DNA of 64,000 nucleotides from contig NC_043000.1 in assembly GCF_006345805.1 (NCBI RefSeq), forward strand, positions 55,738,001 to 55,802,000, in the 5' to 3' direction. The DNA is from Octopus sinensis (lineage: Eukaryota). The position numbers and the translations under genes are program-made. The stretch's first letter is position 1. The number at the start of each line of letters is the position of its first letter. Below, in pieces: positions 26,881-39,449 of this stretch. Under the pieces are notes generated by a model. It did no database searches and was not told where the DNA came from. It saw only the letters and a list, made by a program, of their open reading frames with translations.

Positions 26881-29599
26881 ATATACATATATACATATAC
26901 ATGATGGCTATGCATATGCTTATGTGAGAGGTGTAGCTATACGTGTGTTCTGTGTGTGAGTGTGTATGTTTGTGCTTTCGTTGTCAATGTTAAGAATTTA
27001 GTTGTCTTTCCTTCTATTTATTATTTTCTTTGTTTACTGCTTTCCTGCGTCGTTTTCTTGGATTTATAGATTCTTATAAGAGAACTCCTGAGGTAGTAAT
27101 CACTTCCCAATGCGACAACTGAAGTTTCTGTATCAGATACTTTATGTATCCTATTTTTATTGATATTGACATATGTTCTCCGCATATATATTTGTGTGGA
27201 TGATGGCTCAGTTTATGCTATTGTTGCTCTTTATCATCGTGTTTTCTCCTTGGGAAGATTTTCTAGTGATTTGAATTTTTTAACTATTGCCACCTTTAGA
27301 ATATTGTCATATTCAAAATGTCCGTCTTTAGATCCTTTCTACTTTTCGATCTCTATCATATTCAATTATCGTTCTATTTGCATTGGTGGAGTTGGTTTGA
27401 CCTTTGTTGATCGATATTCTGTAGGTATGTTGGGGTTTGATTTTGCTAATGTTCAGAGGAATACCCATAAAAGTTTCAAAAGAATCAGAAACCATAATAA
27501 TTTCTATAAAAGGGATAGACATGATATATTACCACTGTGTGCTAGTATTTGGTCGCGTATTGGTAATTGTAGCGGGCTTTTAACGTTGTCTAGAATGGTT
27601 TATAGCTGTAACAGACACACTATTCCTGATAAAATGCGAAATACTTTGATCGAAATTGCGAAACAAATGTAGTGTAGTGTGATAGTGTCATATAGAGAAA
27701 TTCAATTGCCAGGTATCTTACAAAATTAGTGAAAATATTTGCATTGTTTCTATAACGTGAAGGAATAATGCTATCCATGCTACATAATTGTAAAACTCTT
27801 CTTTTACACATTATGTCTACTAATGTCCACTAGTATTCACTGTAGAAATCGTTCTCTTGTTTCCCAATCTGATATAATTAGCTGCTGCATCTTCCTCAAC
27901 ACACTCTCGTCTTAACAAAGGATCAAACATAAATAGAATGATATAATCCTGGATGCCACTGATACGACAGAATAACAATAGGAATGGATTTTATTACCGA
28001 AGTGTTCTGTCAAGGATTACTTGGAGTTATGCAGCAAGAAAGGTATTCAAGGCCTCCGTAGGTTTTCCATTTAGACTATTTAGATGTAAATTAATTATGA
28101 TCTGTCTTGAGCTCATTAGTCGATTAAGTGGAAGCGACTTGATACTCGAGACTACCCCTCTTTAAGGTTAATCCCCACACTGTCCCTGATATTCATTTTT
28201 AGCAACGTGGAATGAAGTTCAGTGCCCAAGGACACAACATACAGTGCAGTCTAGAAAAGGAACCCTCGCTCAAGAGCCACTGAAAAGCTACGCTTCACAT
28301 TTATTGTGATACATAGAATAAATGTCTAAAACATTGCTTTTCCTGTTTTTATTGTTCATGTAGCATTGTACTTGGAATCAGTGTTGCAAATATTTGGAGT
28401 TTAATCTCATATAATCTGATATGATGTGAGATGACCTGATCTGATATGCAAAAGGATTAAAGCTATGTCAATATTTTCCTCCTCAATTATATTTAATCCT
28501 TCGCATGCACACAGTAATGGATGTGTGATTAAGAAGTCTGCTTCTAAACCTAGTGGTCCCTAGTACCAACCCTACGGTACAAGGTCTTGTGTTATTGTCT
28601 TCTACTACAACCTAAGTTGCCCATATCAGTGAATTATGTAAATATAAAAAAGAAAAACGAAAAAAAAACTGTTGTTCTTCAGAAAGGGTAATTTTGGTCA
28701 TTTGTGTTGCACCTAGTTACAAAACTAATTTGTCATTCTTTCCTTTAGAAATATAGTGTGAACGAGTGATTGCTCTGTTGGCAACTTCTTTCTAACAACG
28801 CTATTGTCCATCAACAGTCATATGAAAACAACCTTTGCTCTATACAATGCTAACCCATATCGTTATTCAGAAATATGAGTACAACATTGTTGAAAATAAA
28901 TATGCGTAACTTCAGACGACTAAACTAACGTCTTGTAAGAAATTATTTGACTCAAAGAACCCCACTCAACCAACTATTGTTTAAAAGAAATATTTACGTG
29001 GCATATGCGCAGACAATCCTTCTATCAACCGATAGAGGGAGCAACCATATCTCCTTCAAGCTACACTCTAGTCTCTAAAACATTTGCATAGACAAGTCGC
29101 ATAACTCTAACTCCAAAACGACGAATGAAATTATCACACCTAGAATAAATTTAATCATAGGATCTCTGGGGGATCATGCTTGATATGGGACCAAAAATAT
29201 CAGCATCAATATGCACACGGTAATGACCACTCGACCTCGATTTGAAATACGGAGGAAGTGGTATTTTGATTGGTTATTGCTGTTGTCTATTTATGCCTAA
29301 GAAAAATTCAGCAAAGAATCTGAAAACTCCAATGAGAATGGTATATTTTAAAATACTTATCATTAGCAATATTGTAGTTTGGATATGTACTTCTATCAAG
29401 CTTTGAAGTTTGATAATGGTAAACTGTAGATGAATTATGAATTATGGTAATGCATCCATTAAGTAATTACACACTCTGACCCTATTTTACCGGAAACAAG
29501 GAATGGAAGTTACAAACATTAATGAACTGTTGACAGCTGATATTTATTGACCTCGAGGAAATCTGTAGGAAAGTGCTATGAAGGTACACACACACCAAA

Positions 29600-29767
29600 C
29601 ACAAGTATGTACAAATAAACCCATACGTACATACACATATACATACATTTACATACACACATATGCACACATATATATGCATAGGTATATATGTACATAT
29701 GTACGCATGTGTAAATATATTTATGCATTATTTATTTATATATATACATACTTACACACACAGACAA

Positions 29768-29803
<36 letters not shown>

Positions 29804-30030
29804 TGCATTTTATGAAATATGTATTTAGCATTTATATGAATAGACACGAAAAGTTGATAGAAATACACTTACACAAACGCATATGAATTTACACTGACAG
29901 AGATTAGCACTTAACCATACTCGCTCAAAATGTATTAAGTACACATACGCACAGATACACACATACATACATACATACATACATACATACATACATACAT
30001 ACATACATACATACATACATACATACACAC
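29600..30030. repeat. Compound (CA)/(TA)/(TACA)n tracts
   Basis: Read directly; a pure TACA run lies at ~29962-30025. Confidence 0.9.
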
Positions 30031-33000
30031 ATACGCGTGCATCTTATATTATATTGTGTGTATAAATCAGAGACGTACGATGTATATATTTTCTGAATCT
30101 GCAGTCCATGTTATTAAAAGCAGTAATAGAGTAAAAGAAAACAAAAGCAGGTTACAGAAGATAGTTATAATTGCATATATCTATAACAGCACGTATTTAT
30201 TTAGAAAATGTATGTCAGTCAGTTGGTTAGTAAGTATGTGTGTAAGAATACACGCTATCTTTTGAACTGAAATTACAAAGTGCTTGGAAGTTCTTTCAGA
30301 AAGAATATTCATTTGTGAAGATGACAATTCAGATTAAATCGTTTTAGATTATATTAGTATACATCACACAGGCAAATAGATTTGAGCTCGTCCTACGTGT
30401 TATACTGCGCTTTCACCATCTACACTTTCAGAGATAATTGACGCTGGCAATCATCATGTTTTCAGCATCTAGATATCAGTGTTCATTAGAAATTTCCTAC
30501 TCACTACCAGTCCTTACAGGAACATCACAAAACACTCTAAACGGATTCATCTCTGTCTATTACCATTATTCTATTGTCACGTATTTTGAAAGTTTCCTTG
30601 CTTTTACAGTTTGAAGATGTGAGGAAAAACGCAAACCTGACAGGCTATAAAAGAAATGGTTGTATTTGTACAGCATACAGAGAAACCGTTTTGGTTAATC
30701 ATTAAATAAATAGCAAGGTTTTATATGACCAATGATTAACTACTACAAGTTGAATATCCCTTACTGCATGAGCTAGATTCCTTGACATAGCTATCATAGT
30801 TATCAACTGTTATGCATATACTTCGTTCTTTAGTTTAAATGAAGTGTTCTTTTTAAAAACGAAAGGAATCAACTAAGAGTTTTAACTCAATATATATTAT
30901 CTAGTCGTCTAATATTTTATCTACCTGTCAAATAATGTCTAGCTATGTATTATGATAGTTACTTAATTTTTTTTAGATCCTAGTGTTATTTTTCTGTACA
31001 GTATAACTAATTTTCTTTTTTAAGTTTGCTTCCTGTAGATCTCATTAGAATTGTATTTGTGTATGTGTATATGTGTGTGTGTGTATTTCATTCTATTCAA
31101 TGAATATCAATTACTGAAAAGACAAATGTGGAATAATTCAAGAAACGGCACACCAGCAATTATACTACGCTAACAGGAAAATAAGTTTCACCCACCCCAC
31201 ACCCGTCTACACGATGCTTGTTCATGTAAATTAATGTTTCATATTTTCAATGTCAGGCTTCACTGAATGACGTTTCAGAAACACTCCCTCAAATCATATT
31301 AGTCAAACAGAAGCTAATCATATAATTAATTGTTTTATCTCTATTTTCTTACACATTACCATAACTATTTATGTGGACTAGTAGTTCGATGATAATCAGT
31401 AAAGATGAGATGACGATTTCATATTGGACCCTGATACCATATTTGCTCGTGACACTATCTTCTATCCCGACAAAAATACCTTTGAAAATATGTAGAAAAT
31501 ACATTCTACCTGATTTAAATTTGTATATCTAAGAAAAATCACAGATCCTCAAAATGATTGACACCTTCGTAGCGCCCCCTGACATTTGCCGCTTCCTGGA
31601 TCTCACAACTGCCCAAAGAGCTGCTGCCTCTCAGGTTAAGAACTATTGATCAAACAATCCGTGATCTTTTTCTCAAATTAATTGCGGTAACTACAGTATT
31701 TTATTCTCTTGAGGAATATAAAGAAATTATTTGAGCAATAGCTAGTAATCAGCAACCTGAACCATTCAGTGATTTTAAATCTGTATTATATTGGTAGGAT
31801 AAATTGAATAATTATTGATTTCATTACATATTTTTCATAACAGACTTATCTGCTGTATTTGTTTCTGCAGATTCTTGTTAACGATAATATATTTTATCAG
31901 TATTCTAAATTGTTTTCGAAATAATTGAATGCTTTACTAAATTGAGTGAAATGTAATTTCTTGTTTATATGAATCACTACATAGGCTGCAAAATGGCATT
32001 GGCCTACTTACAAGAACTACAAAGACAATATCAGCACCGGAAATTGTCCCAATTATAGAACATTTCCTCTTTCAACAGAGCCTGATTCCATGTATCCATA
32101 TGAATTTACAACAAAAGAATAGGTTGTCCAGATACTCGATTCACAACAAAAACTATAATTAAGTCAATATCTAGGGAGCATCAGGATGCTAACTGGAATT
32201 CATTATGCAGACGGTAAAAACAATATTAAACCTAACCTTTCTTTCTTATTGCCTCCACAGAGTGAAAGTAAAAGGATTGGCTAGGTAGCACAAGTTCCTT
32301 TCTTGGTGCATTTATGAATCTGATACGGAGAAAGAGACGAAAATTCGCGACCAAATTTGGATTATCATTCTATTTTTTGACAGTGAAATTATGATATGCA
32401 AAGCTGGTATCGGAGGATTCGAAATCTAAGAACAAGGTTACATGAAGCAAGCTACTCTTTCAAATATTCTAACGAGTCCACTAATTCACCTGCTTTCAAC
32501 CATAGATTAATATCATTTTAAATGTTTTGTATATAAAGTATATAAAACAACTCTGAACTTGTTAAAACATTCGTAAAATCGCCGAAGTAATAAGAAAATC
32601 ACTGAGGAATTTAGTATGAATGTACGTAGAAACCTGAAATTGCTTAGAGAATGAATTATAGGAATTTTCGTTTACTTATCCCATTATATAAGCATTTCTT
32701 ATTAGATGAAGTAATCAGTGAATCAAATCAATGTCAAACAGAGGAACAGAGGTTAATATCAGTCGAACTGAAACCTTTCATTTCTTATGTTTCTCGTGTT
32801 AGTATAATCACACATTACCAATGATTACCTTTCTGATCCCACACTAAGCTGTCTAACTTTCATGAATCCTAAATCTCATCATTTCATACTAGAAACAATG
32901 GTGAATGGATTTCCGCCAGTATCGAAGATGAGTATTCAACGTGTTCTATCAAGTGAAGTTCATATTCATTGAATCGGAAGTGGCTTTTCATTCCATAGAC

Positions 33001-33587
33001 ATGTATACTATGTACACTTAAAGGAACAATTCTCTGGGACAAATCAACGGATTCAAGTGTTGAATATTTGAATAAATTTGTCCAACATGCCATGCAGTGA
33101 GATCGAGATCGGAACCTCGGGAACTAGGATATAAATTTCTGGGCATTCGGCCTGTACTTTGCTTGGTAGGGTTTTGAGAAATATTGCATAAAGCGGGGCT
33201 AAGTAATCTTGTTTTTTTTTTTTTTTGTATTCACTACTCCAGAACCATTAAGATAGAACCCAATACTAGAAAAAGCCAATTTAGTCGACTAGATATCATT
33301 ATTATATAGAATGAGGTTTCGTGTCACGGAAGAATACAATAAGAATCTGAGTGGGTGTAGGCATTGCGATCTGGTTCGTATGTTTGCTTTGAAACAACGT
33401 TGCTTCATGTTCCATCCCACTCCGTTGCATTTCTAACACAACTTCATTTGACTAATCACTTGGAGAGGAAATTTGGCTTGTGAAACATGTGTAAAACCGT
33501 GGGTGTCAGCTTGGTATTCCTTTGATTCATGTGTTACGTACATTTCAGTATTCGCCAACATATAGTCTCACATAAATGCAATCCTCA

Positions 33588-33623
<36 letters not shown>

Positions 33624-33625
<2 letters not shown>

Positions 33626-33760
33626 ACGTGATCACGTGACCGACCAGGCTATCAGATGTTGCTAAACATCTCTGGTCACAATGCGCTTCGCATTGTTTTA
33701 GCCTTCAAATGATGCCACCCCGCTGGCTAAGCGAGCAGGCCAACAGAAGAAAGAGAGAAA
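33624..33760 (-). mobile_element. Short structured repeat adjoining a (TA)n array
   Basis: GC-richer ~135-bp island with three stems and a terminal 16-bp palindrome that runs into (TA)n. Family not identified; strand assumes the TA run is the tail. Confidence 0.45.
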
Positions 33761-34072
33761 GTTGTGGCAACACAACAAGAGAACATGCACTTGGAATGTA
33801 TTAGTTCTATACTTGGTAAGGCTAGAAAACAAAGAGTTTTGACGTCTCGAGCAAAGCTCTTCATCAGAAAGGAAAGCGGAAATGTCCAGAGAAAGATAGA
33901 TATCACTAACAGTACGTGTGGTTACATGGCTGATATATATATATATATATATATTTGTTTTGCAAGATTACTGATGTAAAATCGTGTGTTGAGGCAGATA
34001 TTGTTGCATTTCGGGATGGTCTAAGATGTGAGTTCTTATGTGTGCAAGCGTTTGTGTCCTTGTTTGTTTCTT

Positions 34073-34118
<46 letters not shown>

Positions 34119-34546
34119 CGTGTGTGTGTATGTGTATATATGCTTGTGTGTGTGTGCGTCATAGTTTTTAGCATCAGTGTGACTTTCCACTCATCCCCCT
34201 ACTTCTCGCCTCATTGTACTGCTACTGTTCTATGACCCGCGAAAATAAAAAGAAAGGTACAGTTACTGTATTCGTCTATGTAGTTGTGTTCGTCACCGGT
34301 GTTGCATCGTAGTAGTTGTTGTTGTTGTTGTTGTTGTTGTTGTTATTGTCCTCGTCGGCACCGCCGCTACTGCTGACCGTGTTAGTTGTGTTGTTGACAT
34401 TATACGGCCGTCTATGAGGTTTCGAGTATGTGTGTTTGGGTTCACTTCATATGTATCTATGCAATTTATATAGTTTAATTTATTTATAATATCTGTCTTT
34501 GTCTTACCTTTATCCCAGGTATGTGGCAGATATCTCTCTCTTTACA

Positions 34547-34763
34547 CTTTTACTCTTTTACTTGTTTCAGTCATTTGACTGCGGCCATGCTGGAGCACCG
34601 CCTTTAATCGAGCAACTCCACCCCGCTACTTATTCTTTTGTAAGCCCAGTACTTATTCTATCAGTCTCTTTTGCCGAACTGCTAAGTAACGGGGACGCAA
34701 ATACACCAGCATCAGTTATCAAGCAATGCTAGGGGGACAAACACAGACACACAACCACACACA

Positions 34764-34801
<38 letters not shown>

Positions 34802-34968
34802 TACGACGGGCTTCTTTTCAGTTTCCGTCTACCAAATCCACTCACAAGGCTTTGGTCGGCCCGAGGCTATAGTAGAAGACACTTGCCCAAGGTGCCACGC
34901 AGTGGGACTGAACCCGGAACCATGTGGTTGGTAAACAAGCTACTTACCACACAGCCACTCCTGCGCCT
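34547..34968 (-). mobile_element. tRNA-derived SINE family B, full length
   Basis: Minus strand starts GGCGCAGGAGTGGCTGTGTGG (box A) and has GGTTCAGTCC (box B), an internal TA run, and a gtaaaagagtaaaag tail. Near-identical to 56565-56966. Confidence 0.95.
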
Positions 34969-35445
34969 ATTTATATATATTTATATATTCCTTTATTTAT
35001 CTATTTGTATATTCATTTACTTATTTATTTATTATATACATCCATCTCTATTCCTCGTAAGTAGCCCAGGTAAGTGCATATATATCTATTGTGTGTATAT
35101 TACTCTGTATGTATCTGTGTATTTAAGGTTTTTCTTTCCTTTTTCCCGCTTTCCTTCTCTCTTCACATCCCTACTGTTTTTAGTCATGTGGTGTGGTGTA
35201 GTGGTGGGTTTTATTGTTTCGTTCATGTTTTCAATTGTGGCTCGGTCTGTCTACTGTTATGTGTGTGGATTCTGTAATCTGTCTAAGTGACGTGCCAGTG
35301 CCGACTGAGGGGAAATCCTCACTGCTGCTAAAAACTATGACACACACAAACACAAGCATACACACATACGCACACGTGCACTCACACACATACACACAAG
35401 CAAAAAGGACACAAATACATGCGCATATAAGAATACACATCTTAG

Positions 35446-35639
35446 AAGATCAGAATAGAGTAAGTGGAGCAAGAACACACACGGAAATGAAAAGTGTCCC
35501 TGAAGAGGTCACAAATGTGTGATGAAACCTTTCCGGACAATTGGCAAGCGTTGAAATAATAAAATAACAGTAATAAACGAGTGAAGAAAGAATGTAGTGC
35601 GTATGTTTATTTGGCAAAAAAATGAATAATAAATAAATT
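35446..35639 (+). mobile_element. Penelope-like terminal-repeat fragment with a decayed hammerhead motif
   Basis: 35500-35529 reads CTGAAGAG-GTCACA-AATG-TGTGAT-GAAACC, followed by TTTCCGG-ACA and AT-rich sequence. It interrupts one arm of the 33998-35663 inverted repeat. Confidence 0.5.
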
Positions 35640-35669
35640 GATCGTCCCGAAATACAACAATATATATAT

Positions 35670-35784
<115 letters not shown>

Positions 35785-35891
35785 CATATATATATATATA
35801 TATACATATGTACAAGTGTATATATACATACGCATATATATGTATACATATAAACATACACATACTGACACACATCCATACATACATATAT

Positions 35892-36157
35892 ATATATAGG
35901 AAATAGTAAAAAGTGAAAAAACTACAGAAGGCTTGTTTTAAAAGGTTAAAAAATATATATTTGAGTCAATATGTCTGAAGAGTGTTATAATTTTTTTTCT
36001 TACAATGACATAGTTTAGAAGAAATTTCTTCTAAACTATGTCATTGTAAGAAAAAAATTTATAACACTCTTCAGACATATTGACTCAAATATATATTTTT
36101 TAACCTTTTAAAACAAGCCTTCTGTAGTTTTTTCACTTTTTACTATTTTCTATATAT
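35892..36157. repeat. 266-bp zero-spacer palindrome (133-bp arms)
   Basis: Centre at 36024/36025 (GAAA|TTTC). Only two non-complementary pairs, at 35991/36058 and 35900/36149. Confidence 0.98.
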
Positions 36158-36499
36158 TCAACCACGTGCTTTCACAAACCAACTTTCTCATATATATATA
36201 TATACATGTATTGTATAAATCTGTCTGTGAATGTTTTAGTGAAAGTAAGCTGCTATATCTCAAAATTCAAGCTTTCTTCTTTATGTGAAGAATGATGGTT
36301 GATAAGAAATAAATTGGTTTTATTGTTATTATTCCAGTTGTCACTGTTTGCACAATCAGCCCTAGTCGATTAGAGCTTTGATCAATGATAATCCCTTGGT
36401 AGACCTTTGATAAATGTCTTTCCATTTGTAGGCATATTGAAGAAGGGTGCGTATAGAGTATAGTAACGGTTTGATGGTGTATCGACGTTCGTGACAGAA

Positions 36500-36855
36500 A
36501 TCATAAGAATGAGGTTCTTGGTAACAGTAATAATAGCAACTTTAGTAGTAGTTGTTGCAGCAGCAAAAGGAGCAACAGCAGCAGCAGCCGTTCTAGAATT
36601 TGGACCTGGAGATGTCCATTTCCAGCGACTTCGAGAGTCGCCTCTCCGTGGTGTCGGGCGTCAACAAAGAGCCCTCGACTACAACAAGACGACCAAAGTT
36701 TTTTTTTTCCAAGGCCTGGGATCTCCCGCTCCTAACCCCTAGACCATTACCTAATCACCCTTACCCGTCTTGTTGCTTAACAACAATAACAACAACAGCA
36801 GCAGTTGTACAAGTAGTGATAGAAGCAGCTGTAATAGCAGTATTAGTTACAATTA

Positions 36856-36900
<45 letters not shown>

Positions 36901-36907
36901 CAGTAGT

Positions 36908-36948
<41 letters not shown>

Positions 36949-36996
36949 TTGTAGTAGTAGTAGTAGTAGTAGTAGTAGTGTAGTAGTAGTAGTAGT

Positions 36997-37067
<71 letters not shown>

Positions 37068-37125
37068 CAGCAGTAGTAATTGCGACCGCAACGTTAAAAG
37101 CAGCAGGTGCAGCAGCAGCAGCAAC
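36500..37125. repeat. (TAG)/(CAG)/(AAC) trinucleotide region with a GC-rich insert at ~36590-36775
   Basis: Read directly. Confidence 0.9.
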
Positions 37126-38100
37126 AGCAGCGTTGGTGTTAGTGTTGGTCTTGGCGATTTTGGTGCTATTGATGTTAGTAATTTTGGAATATTTTGCTGC
37201 TAAATTAGTCGCATGTATTCGCTATTTTCATGGGAGGTTTTTTTTTTGTTTTTTTGTTTTTTGCTGTTGATGTTTTTTCTCACTGGAATTGGTCTGGTGG
37301 GATTACGATGTTAACGATGGTGATGGGGGTGTAACAGACTGTTCTCTTTGCTTTAGTCTTATTGGTTATGATGGTGTTGTTGGTGTTGTTCTTGGTGTTG
37401 GTACTGGTGCTGATGGTAGCAGTGGATTCTGAGAATGTTTAAGATATTAATTATTGTTGCTCTGAAGTTGGTTCCACAGAAGAGCGACAAACTGTTCGTT
37501 TGACATGGGCAGTCATTAATTATCTAGCAATGAGGGTCAGACAGGAGATTTATCAGCACCATTTACACTCGGTTCCTATCAGCATAGTGTTGTGTGTGTA
37601 AATAACAACAACTGTCAGAGAAGAGACATGAAATAGAAAATAGCAGTAACAATAACTGCAGCTGCAACAGCACCATTAATCGTATTAAAATAACAAGTAC
37701 ATTGGAAAAGCGTTGCAAATATCAAATACCAAGCCCACCCACTGGTTATATCAGATAAAGTTATCACAAGAACCTCACCAAGCTATCAGTGTATCACACG
37801 CGATATTGACCTGGCTGCATCAGAAACGTGGCACCAATCAGATCAAACACAACGTCCACAGCATGCTAACAACCACTTCAGACGCATTGAGTACATCAGA
37901 CACACCATCAACTAAATCATACAGCTAGTCACGTAATCCACAGATTTTACGTAATACTCACAGCACCAGTCAGTGGTAGCGCCTATGCGTGGTCGAACGA
38001 ACTGCTAGAAATAGCCAGCAAATCTCTTGTCATACATGTTAATGACCCTTACTTTAATATGATATTGTATAATGTAATACTACATATATTGATTTCAAAT

Positions 38101-38278
38101 TCTGGCACAAAGGGTAGGGATTAAGTCGGTAACATTGACTGGTATTTAATTAATCGACTCTGAAACGATGAAAAGTAAAGTCGACCTCGAAAGAATTTGG
38201 AAACAGAACGTAAGGACGGACAAAATGCTGCTTAGCACTTTGCCCGGCTTGCTAACGATTCTTCCATCTCGCTGCCCT
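38101..38278 (-). mobile_element. SINE family A
   Basis: aagtcg..ctggtatttaattaatcgac..gatgaaaagtaaagtcgacctcg..gaatttg..cagaacgtaag..gctaacgattc. Confidence 0.85.
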
Positions 38279-39269
38279 ATACTATTACATATATTATGTC
38301 AAGAAAAATAAAGAGAATGTTACAGTTGGAACGGTTTTAATCATTCTGAAATCAAATTTGATTTGGGGATTAAACAATAATTACAGCTTTAATTGCATCG
38401 GCATTCTTACTCATTACTTAAGACACACAACAGCAACCTCACTAAATACATATTCTATTCATAACACATTTACTTCAAATGCATCATTTTACTAAACACA
38501 ACTGGCAGCTCAGAAATCCTCAACCAACCATGCTAAAAATAAATCATAAGGATCCGTCCTCTCACCCCGACTGTTTAACCTTTACTAACACCAGATCTGA
38601 ACATCTCAACACGAATACATGGATCACATTGCAGTCACACCAGCATTCTTCATGCTGAGTTACGAATTATTACGCCATTATATCTACTTCTATCTAGAAA
38701 TCTACACTATACGAAAGAAGTCGGTACCAAATTTATCAATTTTCTTTCCTGCATCTTACCTAGCCATCAGTCTACTTACACACAAAAAACAAATATACTA
38801 CAAACATTACGGTCTAGAAAGACAACAGGGTAACGCCGTTAGTAGAAGATGGGAAGGGAAAAGAGGAGAGTGAAGTATTGCATCAGAATAAAAGTAGAGG
38901 ACACCAAGCGAAATTTTAAAAAATTAAGAGAAGTTAATAGACGCCAAAGGCACTTATGGACAAGACAGAAGGAAATTAAAAAGGAAAAATTGAGAAACAG
39001 AAAATGAAAAAATGAAAACATGAGACAGTGTGGAAAGGTAAGAGTTTTTACTAGATTACACAAACCTCAAATTACTTGGGAAAATGCAGACAACACGAAA
39101 AAGTTTCAAAAATTTACAAAGATTTCCAAAAAATTCGCAGAGAATTATCCACGAATTTCCCACGAATTTCTGAAATCTTTTATTAAATCTTCAGTCATGA
39201 AGTTATAGAATTTCAAAGTTTTATGGTTTTAAAGTTTTAAAGTAGTAATGTCTAATAGTTTAAGGCAGA

Positions 39270-39302
39270 TAGACAGACGGACAGACATACAGACAGACAG
39301 AC

Positions 39303-39375
<73 letters not shown>
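39270..39375. repeat. (GACA)/(GATA)n microsatellite
   Basis: Read directly. Confidence 0.96.
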
Positions 39376-39376
<1 letters not shown>

Positions 39377-39449
39377 GGCCTACTAGTGACGTGTGATATG
39401 CATATAGCTGTGTTGCTAGCTGTTCGTTTAAATTTAAATTTAAATTTAC

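Larger units (their letters stand above)
33998..35663. repeat. Long-spaced inverted repeat (arms 33998-34190 and 35307-35445 plus 35640-35663)
   Basis: ctaagatgtg..ttcttat..ttgtgtcct..gtcatagtttttagca.cagtg recurs in reverse complement. atattgttgcatttcgggatggt pairs with gatcgtcccgaaatacaacaatat. Confidence 0.75.

Noticed and set aside
27160-27672. 170-aa plus-strand ORF
   Set aside because: It starts at a non-ATG codon and has no recognisable motif or splice context. It may be antisense to an old retroelement, but I could not confirm motifs on the minus strand.
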